DNA of 64,000 nt from Macrostomum lignano (Eukaryota). Below the pieces are notes generated by a model. It was not told the DNA's origin. It made no database searches and saw nothing but the letters and a program-made list of their open reading frames with translations. Below are positions 1-14,300 of the stretch, piece after piece. The translations under genes were made by a program, and so were the position numbers. The stretch covers positions 1 through 64,000 of the forward strand of contig NIVC01001070.1 of NCBI GenBank assembly GCA_002269645.1. Direction: 5' to 3'. The first letter of the stretch is position 1; every line of letters starts with the position of its first letter.

Positions 1-819
1 TGGAGCTGAAAATTTGCATGAATTTCAAGTGATTGCGCCACAACTTTTCCCTATCTCTGCAGTGTATTTTCTCTCAGTGGGGGATGGGGCGTTCTAAATG
101 GCTGCCTGTGTACAATCGGACCCTGGCTCACTGGCTGACTGTATAGACAATTGCGCAAAGATTTGTGTTCTAATTTTCAATAGGCAGCCCTGTGATTTTG
201 TTGAACGTTGAAATTCAATGCATAAACTTGCGGGCCTCTTTAGCAGGCAGTGAACGTACAATCGATATTTCAATGCTTTAAATCAGAAAGTTTCAAACGC
301 AAACTGTTGCTCGAGTTTTTAACTTTGAGAGAAAAAATTTATATTGCTGGAAAGAACTTGCAAAGCTGATTTCAGGGGATATAAATTGTTTGCTTCAAAT
401 ATGAAAACTAAAAGCTCTGCATTGCAAAAACTATTTCCATACTTTAAACTTTCTGCAAAGATTGTACTCATTTTGGCGAGAGTGAGAGATAAAGTTGGGG
501 GTTTCGACTTCCAACTGGCGCTGTGTATAGGAAGGGGGTCAGTTGCTTTGTATTGGAGGGTTGATTTAGATTGCGCAATGTTTTTGTTAACTTTAACTGA
601 GACTGATACTGACTGACTGTGAAATCGGTTGCGCAATGAATTGATTCAATTAGTTCAATAGTTTATCAGTGCCTTTTAACACGAAGCTGTGCGTAGTTCT
701 AACCCTAACCCTAACCCTAACCAATGAATCCGGAGAGTTGAGTTGTTTGACGGAAAAAATTGATTGAGTCCAGTTTAGCGGAGACGATTTCAATGTTTTA
801 ATTTTGACAAGAGGATTTC

Positions 820-1235
820 TGTTTCGTGGAGAGGATTTCGATGGTGCTCAGTTTCACGGAGAGGATTTTGATGATGTTCAGCTTCACGGAGAGGATTTCT
901 GTTTCGCGGAGTTAAATTTATGATTGATTTCTGCTTTATGGAGACGATTTTGATAGATTTAAGTTTCAAGGAGAGGATTTCGAAGGTGTTCAGTTTCACG
1001 GAGAGGATTTCGAAGGTGTTCAGTTTCACGGAGAGGATTTCGATGATGTTCAGCTTCACGGAGAGGATTTCTGTTTCGCGGAGATAATTTATGATTGATT
1101 TCTGTTTTATGGAGACGATTTTGATGGATTTAAGTTTCAAGGAGAGGATTTCGAAGGAGTCCAGTTTCACGGAGAGGATTTCGATGGTTTTCAGTTGCAC
1201 GGACAGGATTTCTGCTTCGCGGAGAGGATCTTGAT
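820..1235 (+). repeat. Degenerate 30-bp subrepeat (TTCAGTTTCACGGAGAGGATTTCGATGGTG) array inside the units; recurs in most units
   Basis: Directly visible tandem copies, which give the TFEILSVKLN periodicity in the minus-strand translations. Confidence 0.9.
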
Positions 1236-1254
1236 GGATTTGGCATCTTCAATC

Positions 1255-2345
1255 AGTCAGAGAAGAGAGTAAAGAGAAGAATGAAAAGAGAAGAGAGATG
1301 AGATGATAGAAAACAGAGTAGAAATGAGTGGAGAGATTAGACATGACAGATGGGAGAGAAGAGGAAAGTAAGGCGGGAACGAAGAGAGAGAGAAGAGAAG
1401 AGGAGAGAGGAGATGAATGGAGAGGATATGAGAGAGGAGATATGAGATTGCAGAGAGGAGACAGGATGGAGAAGAAAGGAGGGACAAGAGCGTACAGAGG
1501 CAATAGAAGAGAGGAAAGAGAGGAGAGAGGTGAGAGGTGAGAGGAGAGAGATGAAAGATCAGAGATCAGAGATTTAAGAGAAGAAAGTAGTGAGGAGAAA
1601 GAAGAGGGTAAAGATGAGAGTGCAGAGAGGAGAGAAACGAGAGGAGACAGGTGGTAGAAAGGAGTGTAAAAACAGCAGATAAGAAAGGGGAGGGTGAGAG
1701 TGAGAGCATATAGGAAAGTGTAAAAGGGGAGCAGAGGAGAGAGAATATATAAGTGAGTAGAGAAGAGATATGAGAGAGGAAAGACGAGGGGAGAGAGGAG
1801 ACAGGAGAGAGTAAATTTGAAAGACCTGGGAGAAGAGATAAAAAAGATAGTACAGATGAGAGGAGAGAGAGAGAGGAGAGATGAGAGATGCAATGAGAAA
1901 AGAGATGAGTGAGAAAATAAGAGAGAGAAGAGATTAGAGATTAGAGAAGAGATGAGGGGAGAGGAGAGAAAAGAAAAGAGAGGAGACAGGTGATGCAGTA
2001 GAAAGGAGGGAAGAAAGATGGGAGATAAGAAAGGAGAGGGTGAGAGCGTATAAGAGATACGAGAAATGAGAGCAGAGAGAAGAGAGAAAAAAGAAGAGAG
2101 AAAGTAGAGCGGAGACGATAGATAAGTGATTAGAGATTAGATATGAGAGAGGAGAGAAAAGGGGAGAGATAAGATAGAAGATAGGAGAGTAGACAGGATA
2201 GGGTACAGACGAAAGACGAGGGAGAAGAGATAAATAAGGGAGTAGAGATAAATAAGAGAGTAGGGGTAGAGATGAGATGAGAGAGAGGAGAGAGAAGCGA
2301 GTCACGATAATAGCGAAGAGAGGAGAGAGTAGATATGAGAGACGT
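1255..2345 (+). repeat. Polypurine (AG-rich) low-complexity tract within the long Helitron-like units; homologous tracts at ~5195-6310, 7975-8690, 10150-10860, 12670-13480, 18120-18830 and 21870-22960
   Basis: The plus strand is overwhelmingly A/G (GAGAGAGGAGAG-like). These tracts produce the Leu/Ser-rich minus-strand ORFs of the ORF track. Confidence 0.95.
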
Positions 2346-5300
2346 AAGAGTCTTTGAGCTATGGTCTTTGAAAGATTTTGTAAAGAATTTGGAGACGATT
2401 TGGAAGATAGGGTTAAAGACATGGAATTTCAGTTGATGGATATTTCAGGGAATAGAATTCCGGTGATGGGAGTTCTTCCCCTTTCTCCTCCGAAGGAGGA
2501 GTTCCACTCGTCTCTCTTAATACTAAAGTTGGTGCGTTGTTTGTTTGTTTGTTTGTCTGTTTGTTTGTAGGATATCTCCTCCTAGACTACGTGCAACTCA
2601 GCGTTGAAACTTATATGGGAAACTGCAAATTTTCCGGAATCGGCTTTAGGCTTTTAATCTTTCATTTTTAATTTTAAGATCCCTAAAAAAGCAGAAATCT
2701 GATTTCCTAACCTTCTCTGGACACTTTTTCTGCTCGGAGCTGAAAATTGGCATAAATTTTGAGTGATTACGCCACAACTTTTTCCTATGTCGCCAGTGCA
2801 TTTTCTCTCCTGTGGGGGAATGGGCGCGTTCTCATTGGCGGCGTGTGTACAATCGGACCCTGGCTCACTGGCTGACTTTATAGACAATTGCGCAACTATT
2901 TGTGTTCTGTTTTTTAACAGGAAGCCCTGTGTATTTTTTGCACAGTGAAATTCAGTGCATTTTAATGCATAAACTCGCGAGCATCTTTAGCAGGCAGTGA
3001 AGGTACACTCGATATTTCAATGCTTAAAATCAGAAAGTTTCAAACGCTAACTGTTGCTCGATTTTAACTTTGAGAGACGAGACTTTTATTGCTGGAAAGA
3101 GCTTGCAGCGCTGAGTTCGGGGATATAAGTTTTTTGCTTTAAATATGAAAATTAAATTCACAGCATTCAAGAAAAGATTTTCATACTTTTAGCTTTCTGC
3201 AAAGATTGTTCTCATTTTGGAGTTCAATGGGGGTTCGACCGACCCCCCAATAGTTGGTGGGGGGGGGGTTCAATTTCTAGCTGCACTGCGTATTGGAAGG
3301 GGGGTCGGTTGCTGTGTATTGGAGGGTTGATTTAGATTGCGCAATCTTTGTGTTAACTTTAACTGCTGATACTGACTGCCTGAGAAATAAGTTGCGCAAT
3401 TTAATTGGTTCAATGTTTTTACGGCGCCTTTCAACACGCAGCTGTGTGTAGCTCTAACCCTAACCCTAACCCTAACCAATGAATTCTGAGAGCTAGGCTG
3501 TTTGACGTAGAAATTTCGATTTAGTCCAGTTTCACGGAGAGGATTTCTATTTCGCGGAGAATATTTCGATGGTGTTCAGTTTCACGAGAGGATTTCGATA
3601 GTGTTCAGTTTCACGGAGACGATTTCTGTTGCGCGGAGAGGTGTTGGAAAATGGATTCCGCTGATGGAGTTCAGGGAATGGAATTCCGCTGATTGGAGTT
3701 CTTCCCCTTTCTTCTCCGAAGGAGGAGTTGGCCTCGTATATACTAAAGTTGACGCGTTGTTTGTCTGTCTGTCTGTGTGTCTGTCTGTCATTTCGACAAC
3801 TCCTCCTTGAATAGTGCCAACTCAGCGTTGAAACTTATATGGGAAGATTGGAAATTATCCGAGGTCGGCTATAGGCTATTTTAATTCTGAAATTTTAATT
3901 TCTAAGATCCTCAAAAAAGCAGAAAACGGCGGTCTTGACCTTTGATAATCTTAATTGTCCCCTCTTTCTGCTTGGAGCTGAAAATTTGCATGAATTTCAA
4001 GTGATTGCGCCACAAATTTTCTATCCTGCAGTGTATTTTCTCTCCAGTGGGGGGATGGGGCGTTCTAAATGGCTGCCTGTGTACAATCGGACCCTGGCTC
4101 ACTGGCTGACTGTATAGACAATTGCGCAAAGATTTGTGTTCTAATTTTCAATAGGCAGCCCTGTGATTTTGTTGAACCTTGAAATTCAATGCATAAACTT
4201 GCGGGCCTCTTTAGCAGGCAGTGAACGTACAATCGATATTTCAATGCTTTAAATCAGAAAGTTTCAAACGCAACTGTTGCTCGAGTTTTTAACTTTGAGA
4301 GAAAAAATTATATTGCTGGAAAGAACTTGCAAAGCTGATTTCAGGGATATAAATTGTTTGCTTCAAATATGAAAAGAAAAGCACAGCATTGAAAAAACTA
4401 TTTCCATACTTTAAACTTTCTGCAAAGATTGTACTCATTTTGGCGAGAGGTGAGAGATAAAGTTGGGGGTTTCGACTTCCAACTGGCGCTGTGTATAGGA
4501 AGGGGGTCAGTTGCTTTGTATTGGAGGGTTGATTTAGATTGCGCAATGTTTTTGTTAACTTTAACTGAGACTGATACTGACTGACTGTGAAATCGGTTGC
4601 GCAATGAATTGATTCAATTAGTTCAATAGTTTATCAGTGCCTTTTAACACGAAGCTGTGCGTAGTTCTAACCCTAACCCTAACCCTAACCAATGAATCCG
4701 GAGAGTTGAGTTGTTTGACGGAAAAAATTGATTGAGTCCAGTTTAGCGGAGACGATTTCAATGTTTTAATTTTGACAAAGAGGATTTCTGTTTCGTGGAG
4801 AGGATTTCGATGGTGCTCAGTTTCACGGAGAGGATTTTGATGATGTTCAGCTTCACGGAGAGGATTTCTGTTTCGCGGAGTTAAATTTATGATTGATTTC
4901 TGCTTTATGGAGACGATTTTGATAGATTTAAGTTTCAAGGAGAGGATTTCGAAGGTGTTCAGTTTCACGGAGAGGATTTCGATGATGTTCAGCTTCACGG
5001 AGAGGATTTCTGTTTCGCGGAGATAATTTATGATTGATTTCTGTTTTATGGAGACGATTTTGATGGATTTAAGTTTCAAGGAGAGGATTTCGAAGGAGTC
5101 CAGTTTCACGGAGAGGATTTCGATGGTTTTCAGTTGCACGGACAGGATTTCTGCTTCGCGGAGAGGATCTTGATGGATTTGGCATCTTCAATCAGTCAGA
5201 GAAGAGAGTAAAGAGAAGAATGAAAAGAGAAGAGAGATGAGATGATAGAAAACAGAGTAGAAATGAGTGGAGAGATTAGACATGACAGATGGGAGAGAAG

Positions 5301-8300
5301 AGGAAAGTAAGGCGGGAACGAAGGAGAGAGAAGAGAAGAGGAGAGAGGAGATGAATGGAGAGGATATGAGAGAGGAGATATGAGATTGCAGAGAGGAGAC
5401 AGGATGGAGAAGAAAGGAGGGACAAGAGCGTACAGAGGCAATAGAAGAGAGGAAAGAGAGGAGAGAGGTGAGAGGTGAGAGGAGAGAGATGAAAGATCAG
5501 AGATCAGAGATTTAAGAGAAGAAAGTAGTGAGGAGAAAGAAGAGGGTAAAGATGAGAGTGCAGAGAGGAGAGAAACGAGAGGAGACAGGTGGTAGAAAGG
5601 AGTGTAAAAACAGCAGATAAGAAAGGGGAGGGTGAGAGTGAGAGCATATAGGAAAGTGTAAAAGGGGAGCAGAGGAGAGAGAATATATAAGTGAGTAGAG
5701 AAGAGATATGAGAGAGGAAAGACGAGGGGAGAGAGGAGACAGGAGAGAGTAAATTTGAAAGACCTGGGAGAAGAGATAAAAAAGATAGTACAGATGAGAG
5801 GAGAGAGAGAGAGGAGAGATGAGAGATGCAATGAGAAAAGAGATGAGTGAGAAAATAAGAGAGAGAAGAGATTAGAGATTAGAGAAGAGATGAGGGGAGA
5901 TGAGAGTAGAGAAGAGAGAATGGAGAGGAGAGAAAAGAGAAGAGAGGAGACAGGTGATGCAGTAGAAAGGAGGGAAGAAAGATGGGAGATAAGAAAGGAG
6001 AGGGTGAGAGCGTATAAGAGATACGAGAAATGAGAGCAGAGAGAAGAGAGAAAAAAGAAGAGAGAAAGTAGAGCGGAGACGATAGATAAGTGATTAGAGA
6101 TTAGATATGAGAGAGGAGAGAAAAGGGGAGAGATAAGATAGAAGATAGGAGAGTAGACAGGATAGGGTACAGACGAAAGACGAGGGAGAAGAGATAAATA
6201 AGGGAGTAGAGATAAATAAGAGAGTAGGGGTAGAGATGAGATGAGAGAGAGGAGAGAGAAGCGAGTCACGATAATAGCGAAGAGAGGAGAGAGTAGATAT
6301 GAGAGACGTAAGAGTCTTTGAGCTATGGTCTTTGAAAGATTTTGTAAAGAATTTGGAGACGATTTGGAAGATAGGGTTAAAGACATGGAATTTCAGTTGA
6401 TGGATATTTCAGGGAATAGAATTCCGGTGATGGGAGTTCTTCCCCTTTCTCCTCCGAAGGAGGAGTTCCACTCGTATATACTAAAGTTGACGTGTTGTTT
6501 GTCTGTCTGTCTGTGTGTGTGTGTGTCATTTCGACAACTCCTCCTTGAATAGTGGCAACTCAGCGTTGAAACTTATATGGGAAGATTGGAAATTATCCGA
6601 GGTCGGCTATAGGCTATTTTAATTCTGAAATTTTAATTTATAAGATCCTCAAAAAAGCAGAAAACGGCGGTCTTGACCTTTGATAATCTTAATTGTCCCC
6701 TCTTTCTGCTTGGAGCTGAAAATTTGCATGAATTTCAAGTGATTGCGCCACAACTTTTCCCTATCTCTGCAGTGTATTTTCTCTCCAGTGGGGGGATGGG
6801 GCGTTCTAAATGGCTGCCTGTGTACAATCGGACCCTGGCTCACTGGCTGACTGTATAGACAATTGCGCAAAGATTTGTGTTCTAATTTTCAATAGGCAGC
6901 CCTGTGATTTTGTTGAACCTTGAAATTCAATGCATAAACTTGCGGGCCTCTTTAGCAGGCAGTGAACGTACAATCGATATTTCAATGCTTTAAATCAGAA
7001 AGTTTCAAACGCAAACTGTTGCTCGAGTTTTTAACTTTGAGAGAAAAAATTTATATTGCTGGAAAGAACTTGCAAAGCTGATTTCAGGGATATAAATTGT
7101 TTGCTTCAAATATGAAAACTAAAAGCTCTGCATTGCAAAAACTATTTCCATACTTTAAACTTTCTGCAAAGATTGTACTCATTTTGGCGAGAGGTGAGAG
7201 ATAAAGTTGGGGTTTCGACTTCCAACTGGCGCTGTGTATAGGAAGGGGGTCAGTTGCTTTGTATTGGAGGGTTGATTTAGATTGCGCAATGTTTTTGTTA
7301 ACTTTAACTGAGACTGATACTGACTGACTGTGAAATCGGTTGCGCAATGAATTGATTCAATTAGTTCAATAGTTTATCAGTGCCTTTTAACACGAAGCTG
7401 TGCGTAGTTCTAACCCTAACCCTAACCCTAACCAATGAATCCGGAGAGTTGAGTTGTTTGACGGAAAAAATTGATTGAGTCCAGTTTAGCGGAGACGATT
7501 TCAATGTTTTAATTTTGACAAAGAGGATTTCTGTTTCGTGGAGAGGATTTCGATGGTGCTCAGTTTCACGGAGAGGATTTTGATGATGTTCAGCTTCACG
7601 GAGAGGATTTCTGTTTCGCGGAGTTAAATTTATGATTGATTTCTGCTTTATGGAGACGATTTTGATAGATTTAAGTTTCAAGGAGAGGATTTCGAAGGTG
7701 TTCAGTTTCACGGAGAGGATTTCGAAGGTGTTCAGTTTCACGGAGAGGATTTCGATGATGTTCAGCTTCACGGAGAGGATTGCTGTTTCGCGGAGATAAT
7801 TTATGATTGATTTCTGTTTATGGAGACGATTTTTGTTATTTTGATGGATTTAAGTTTCAAGGAGAGGATTTCGAAGGAGTCCAGTTTCACGGAGAGGATT
7901 TCGATGGTTTTCAGTTGCACGGACAGGATTTCTGCTTCGCGGAGAGGATCTTGATGGATTTGGCATCTTCAATCAGTCAGAGAAGAGAGTAAAGAGAAGA
8001 ATGAAAAGAGAAGAGAGAAGAGATGATAGAAAACAGAGTATAATTGAGTGGAGAGATTAGACATGACAGATTGGAGATGATAGGATAGAGAATAGATGAG
8101 GGATAAGAGCGTACAGAGCAATAGAAGAGAGGGGAGAGTAGAGGAGAAAGAAAGAGTGAGATGAGGAGATGAGGGATGAGAGAGGAGGGGAGAGAGGAGA
8201 CAGGAGAGAGTACAGACGAAAGACTAGGAGAAGATATAAATAAGGTAGTAAAGATGAGAGGAGAGAGAGGAGAGAGAAGCGAAAGGAGAAGAGAGTGAGG

Positions 8301-11300
8301 AGAGAGGAGAGAGATGAAAGGAGCAAGGAAAGGAGAAAAGAGAGAATGGAGAGAATAGAAAGAGAGAAGAGAAGAGACAGGGGATAGTGAAAAGGAGGAA
8401 GAAAGATGGGAGACAAGAAAGAAAGTAGAGTGTGAGAGCGTATATGAGATATCAGAAATGAGAAGCAGATAGGAGAGAAAAGAGAAGAGAGAGAGGGTTA
8501 AGAGAGACGATAGATAAGTAAGGAGAAATGACATATGAGAGAGGAGAGAAGAGGGAGAGATAAGAGTGAAGAGAGGAGACAGAAGACAGGAGAAGGTACA
8601 GACGAAAGACGAGGGAGAAGAGATAAACAAGGGAGCAGGGGTAGAGATGAGATGAGAGAGAGGAGAGAGGAGATATGAGAGACTTGAGAGTCTTTGAGCT
8701 ATGGTCTTTGAAAGATTTTGTAAAGAATTTGGAGACGATTTGGAAGATAGGGTTAAAGACATGGAATTTCAGTTGATGGATATTTCAGGGAATAGAATTC
8801 CGGTGATGGGAGTTCTTCCCCTTTCTCCTCCGAAGGAGAAGTTCCACTCGTATATACTAAAGTTGGTGCGATGTTTGTGTGTTTGTTTGTCTGTTGCATA
8901 ACTCCTCCTAGAATACTTGCAACTCAGCGTTGAAACTTATATTGGAAAAATGCAAATTTTCCGAGGATGGCTTTAGGCTATTTTAATATTGCATTTTTAC
9001 ATTTTAAGATCCATAAAAAAGCAGAAATCTGTATATACTAAAGTTGGTGCGATGTTTGTGTGTTTGTTTGTCTGTTGCATAACTCCTCCTAGAATACTTG
9101 CAACTCAGCGTTGAAACTTATATTGGAAAACTGCAAATTTTCCGAGGATGGCTTTAGGCTATTTTAATATTGCATTTTTACATTTTAAGATCCCTAAAAA
9201 AGCAGAAAACGGTGGTCTTGACCTTTGATAATCTTAATTGTCCCCTCTCTCTGCTTGGAGCTGAAAATTTACATGAATTTTGAGTGATTGCGCCACAACT
9301 GTCTCCTATCTCTACAGTGTATTTTCTCTCCAGTGGGGGATGGTCGCATTCTCAGTGGCTGCGTGTGTACAATCGGACCTAGCTCACTGGCTGATTGTAT
9401 AGATAGACAATTGCGCAACGATATGTGTTCTGATTTTCAATAGGCTGCCCTGTGTAGTTTGGACAGTGAAATTCAATGAATAAACTTGCGAGCCTCCCTC
9501 TGCTGCAGGCAGTGAACGTACACTCGATATTTCAATGCTTTAAATCAGAAAGTTTCAAACGCTAACTGTTGCTCGATTTTTGAACTTTGAGAGACGAGAC
9601 TTTTATTGCTGGAAAGAGCTTGCAGCGCTGAGTTCGGGGATATAAGTTGTTTGCTTTAAATATGATAATAACTAAAAATACGGCATTCAAAAAACGATTT
9701 CCATACTTTGCAAAGATTGTACTATTTTGCCCGGACAGGTCAGAGATAAATTTGGGGGGTTCAACGTCTACTTGCCACTCGTATTGGAAGGGGGGCGGTC
9801 ACTGTGTATTCGATGGTTGATTTAAATTGCGCAATCATTTTGTTAACTTGAAACTCAGACTGATACTGACTTATTGAGAAATCGATTGCGCAATCTGTTG
9901 CTTCAATTAGTTCAATTTTTATTATCGCTGCTTTCAACACGCAGCTGTGTGTAGTCTACCCTAACCCTAACCCTAGCCACTGAATTCCTGAGAGTTGAGT
10001 TCTGTCTGACGAAGTAAATTTCGATTGAGTCCAGTTTCACGGAGAGGACTTTTTGTCTTCGGAGAGGACTTGGATGATGGAACTCGGCGTCATGGAATTC
10101 AGCTAATGAAGTTCAGGGAATTGAATTCTGGTGATGGGAGATTCTTCAATGGAGAGAAAAGAGAGTAGATATGAGAGAGGAGAGATTAGAGATGACATAC
10201 GGGAGAGAATAGGAGAGTAAGGCGAGAATGAAGAGGGAGAGAGAAGCAAAAGGAGAAGAGAGTGAGGAGAGAGGAGAGAGATGAAAGATCAGAGATAAGA
10301 GAGTGTAGAGAGGAAAGTAGTGTGGAGAGGAGAGATGAGAGATGCGATGAGAAGAGATGAGTGAGAACATAAGAGAGAAGAGATCAGAGATTAGAGAAGA
10401 GAGGGGAGAACATGAAAGGAGCAAGGAGAGGAGAAAAGAGAGAATGGAGAGAATAGAAAAGAGAGAAGAGAAGAGACAGGGGATAGTGGAAAGGAGGAAA
10501 GAAAGATGAGAGACAAGAAAGTAGAGCTTGAGAGCGTAAATGAGATATGAGAAATGAGAGCAGAGAGGAGAGAAAAGAGAAGAGAGAGAGAGGGTTAAGA
10601 GAGACAATAGATAAGTGAGTAGAGATGACATATGAGAGAGGAGAGAAGAGGGAGAGATAAGAGAGAAGAGAGGAGACAGGAGACAGAAAAGAGAAGGAGG
10701 GATGCGAGAAGAGGGGAGACAAGAGACAGGAGAAGGTACAGACGAAAGACGAGGGAGAAGAGATAAATGAGGGAGTAGGGGTAGTGATGAGATGATAGAG
10801 AGAGAGAGAGAAGAGTCACGATAATAGCGAAGAGAGGAGAGAGGAGATATGAGAGACGTGAGAGTCTTTGAGCTATGGTCTTTGAAACGTTTTGTAAAGA
10901 ATTTGGAGACGATTTGGAATATAGGGTTCAAGGCATGGAATTTCAGTTGATGGATATTTCAGGGAATGGAATTCCGGTGATGGGATTTCTTCCTCTATCT
11001 CCTCCAGAGGAGGAGTTCCACTCGTCTATCTATCTATCTTCTCTATATACTAAAGTTGACGCGTTGTTTGTCTGTCTGTCATTTCGGCAACTCAGCGTTG
11101 AAACTTATATGGGAAGATTGGAAATTATCCGAGGTCGGCTATAGGCTATTTTAATTCTGAAATTTTAATTTCTAAGATCCTCAAAAAAGCAGAAAACTGC
11201 CTTTTTGACCCCCAATAACCTTCTTTTGCTACTCTGCCTGGGGCTGCAGCCAGTTTGTAAAAATAGCCACCCCAACCTCTGCCCGCAGGCCGCTGTGTAT

Positions 11301-14300
11301 TAAGGGGTGGTGGGTGCGCGTGTTCTGGGTTCAATGCAAATAAAACCCCCCGCGTGTTGGGGGGTTGAGTTAAATTTAATGATTCCCCCGGAACGGGGGG
11401 GTTGGGCTTGGACTGAGTGTACATAGCTGTTTTAAACAGATAGAACTGTGCCGAGATTCAATTGGTTTTATTATCGGCCCTGTGTATTAGCTGGGCAGTG
11501 AATTTCAATGAATAAACTTGCGAGCATCTCTAGCAAGAAGTCGGGAAATCGGTAAATTTCAAACGCTAACTGTTCCTCGAGTTTTAAACTTTGAAAAGAG
11601 AAACTTATATTGCTGGAAAGATCTTGCAACGCTGAGTTCGGGGATATAAGTTGTTTGCTTTAAATATGAAAAGAAAAAGCACAGCATTTAAAAAAACTAA
11701 TTCCATACTTTTAACTTTCCGCAAAAATTGTACTCAGTTTTGCGAGACGTAATAGATAAAGTTGGGGGAGGGTTCAACTTCTCACTGCTGCTGTGTATTG
11801 GAGGGTTGATTTAGATTGCGCAATGTTTTTGTTAACTTTAACTGAGACTGATACTGACTGACTGTGAAATCGGTTGCGCCATCAATTTGTTTTATTATCT
11901 GTGCTTTCTATAGGCTGCCCTGTGTAATAGCCGGCCGGTGTAATTAATGAATAAACTTGCGAGCCTCTTTGGCAGGCAGTGAACGTACACTCGATATTTC
12001 AATGCTTTAAAACGGGAACTTTCAAACGCTAACTGCTCTTCGAGTTCTAAACTTTAAGAGAAGAGACTTATACTGCTGAAAAGATCTTGCAACGCTGAGT
12101 TCAAGGATATAAATTGTTTGCTTTAAATATAAAGACTAAAAGCACAGCATAAAAAACTATTTCCATACTTTTAGCTTTCTGCAAAGATTGTACTCATTTT
12201 TAGTTCAATGTCCCCAACAGTTGGGAGTTCAATTTCTAACTGCCACTGCGTATTGAAAAGGGGTCGGTCTCTGTGTATTGGAGGGTTGATTTAAATTGCG
12301 CAATCTTTTTGTTAACTTTAACTGAGACTGATACTGACTGACTGAGAAATCGGTTGCGCAATCAATTGATTCAATTGTTTCAATTTTTTTTATTTGGACA
12401 CGCAGCTGTGTGTAGCTCTAACCCTAACCCTAACCCTAACAATAACCCTAACCAGTGAATCATGATATTTTATTCTTTTTGACGGAGAAAATTTCAATTG
12501 AGTCCAGTTTTAAAGAGAGAATTTCGATGGTTTTCAGTTTCACGGACAGGATTTCTGTTTCGCGGAGAGGATTTCGATGGTTTTCAGTTTCACGGAGAGG
12601 ATTTCGATGGTTTTCAGTTGCACAGACTGCTTCGCGGAGAGGATCTTGATGGATTTGGCATCTTCAATCAGTTAGAGAAGAGAGTAAAGAGAAGAATGAA
12701 AAGAGAAGAGAGATAAGATGATAGACAACAGAGTAGAAATGAGTGGAGAGATTAATCATGACAGATGGGAGAGAAAAGGGGAGTAAGGCGGGGACGAAGG
12801 AGAGAGAAGAGAAGAGGAGAGAGGAGATGAGAGGGGAGATATGAGATAGCAAACGGAGACAAGAGAGATGAGAGGAGAGAGAGGAGAGAGGAGAGAGATG
12901 AAAGATCAGAGATGAGAGAGTGTAGAGAGGAAAGTAGTGAGGAGAGGAGAGATGAGAGATGCGATAAAAAGAGATGAGTGAGAACATAAGAGAGAAGAGA
13001 TTAGAGATTAGAGAAGAGAGGGGAGAAGATGAAAGGAGCAAGGAGAGGAGAAAAGAGACAATGGAGAGGATAGAAAAGAGAGAAGAGAAGAGACAGAGGA
13101 TAGTGAAAAGGAAAAAAGAAAGATGGGAGACAGGAAATTAGAGTGTGAGAGCGTATATGAGATATGAGAAATGAGAGCAGAGAGGAGAGAAAAGAGAATA
13201 GTGAGAGAGGGTTAAGAGAGACGATAGATAAGTGAGTAGAGATGACATATGAGAGAGGAGAGAAGAGGGAGAGATAAGAGAGAAGAGAGGAGACAGGAAA
13301 CAGAAGTGAAGAGGAGAGATAGGATAGATGCGAGGAGACAAGAGACAGGAGAAGGTACAGACGAAAGACGAGGGAGAAGAGATAAATAAGGGAGTAGGGG
13401 TAGAGATGCGATGAGAGAGAGGAGAGAGAAGAGAGTCACGATAATAGCGAATAGAAGAGAGAGGAGATATGAGAGACGTGAGAGTCTTTTAGCTATGGTC
13501 TTTCAAAGATTTTGTAAAGAATTTGGAGACGATTTGGAAGATGGGATTCAAGTGGAGTTTCAGCTGATGGATTTCAGGGAATGGAATTCCGGTGATGGGA
13601 GTTCTTCCCCTTTCTCCTCCGGAGGAGGAGTTCCACTCGTATATACTAAAGTTGACGCGTTGTTTGTCTGTCTGTCTGTCATTTCGACAACTCCTCCTTG
13701 AATAGTGGCAACTCAGCGTTGAAACTTATATGGGAAGATTGGAAATTATCCGAGGTCGGCTATAGGCTATTTTAATTCTGAAATTTTAATTTCTAAGATC
13801 CTCCAATTTCTAGCTGCACTGCGTATTGGAAGGGGGGTCGGTTGCTGTGTATTTGAGGGTTGATTTAGATTGCGCAATCTTTTTGTTAACTTTAACTGAG
13901 GCTGATACTGACTGCCTGAGAAATAAGTTGCGCAATTTAATTGGTTCAATGTTTTTACGGCGTATTTTCTCTCCAGTGGGGGTGCTCGCGTTATCAGTGG
14001 CGGCGTGTGTACACTTGGACCTTGGCGCACGGGCTGACTGTATAGACAATTGCGCAACGATACGTGCTCTGATTTTCAATTAGGCAGCCCGGTGTATTTT
14101 TTGCACACTGAAATTCAATGCATCAACATGCGAGCCTTTTTAGCAGGCAGGTGAACGTACACTCGATACTTCAGTGCTTTAAATCGGGACATTTCAAACA
14201 CTAACTGTTGCTCGAGTTTTGAACTTAGAGAGGAGAGACTTATATTGCTGGTAAGATCTTGCTGCAATGAGTTCGGGGATATAAGTTTTTTGCTTTAATT

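Noticed and set aside
2361-2570. Recurring ORF MVFERFCKEFGDDLEDRVKDMEF...
   Set aside because: It recurs only because the unit is repeated; it runs across the hairpin/CTCGT junction into different downstream sequence in each copy, and copies have indels.
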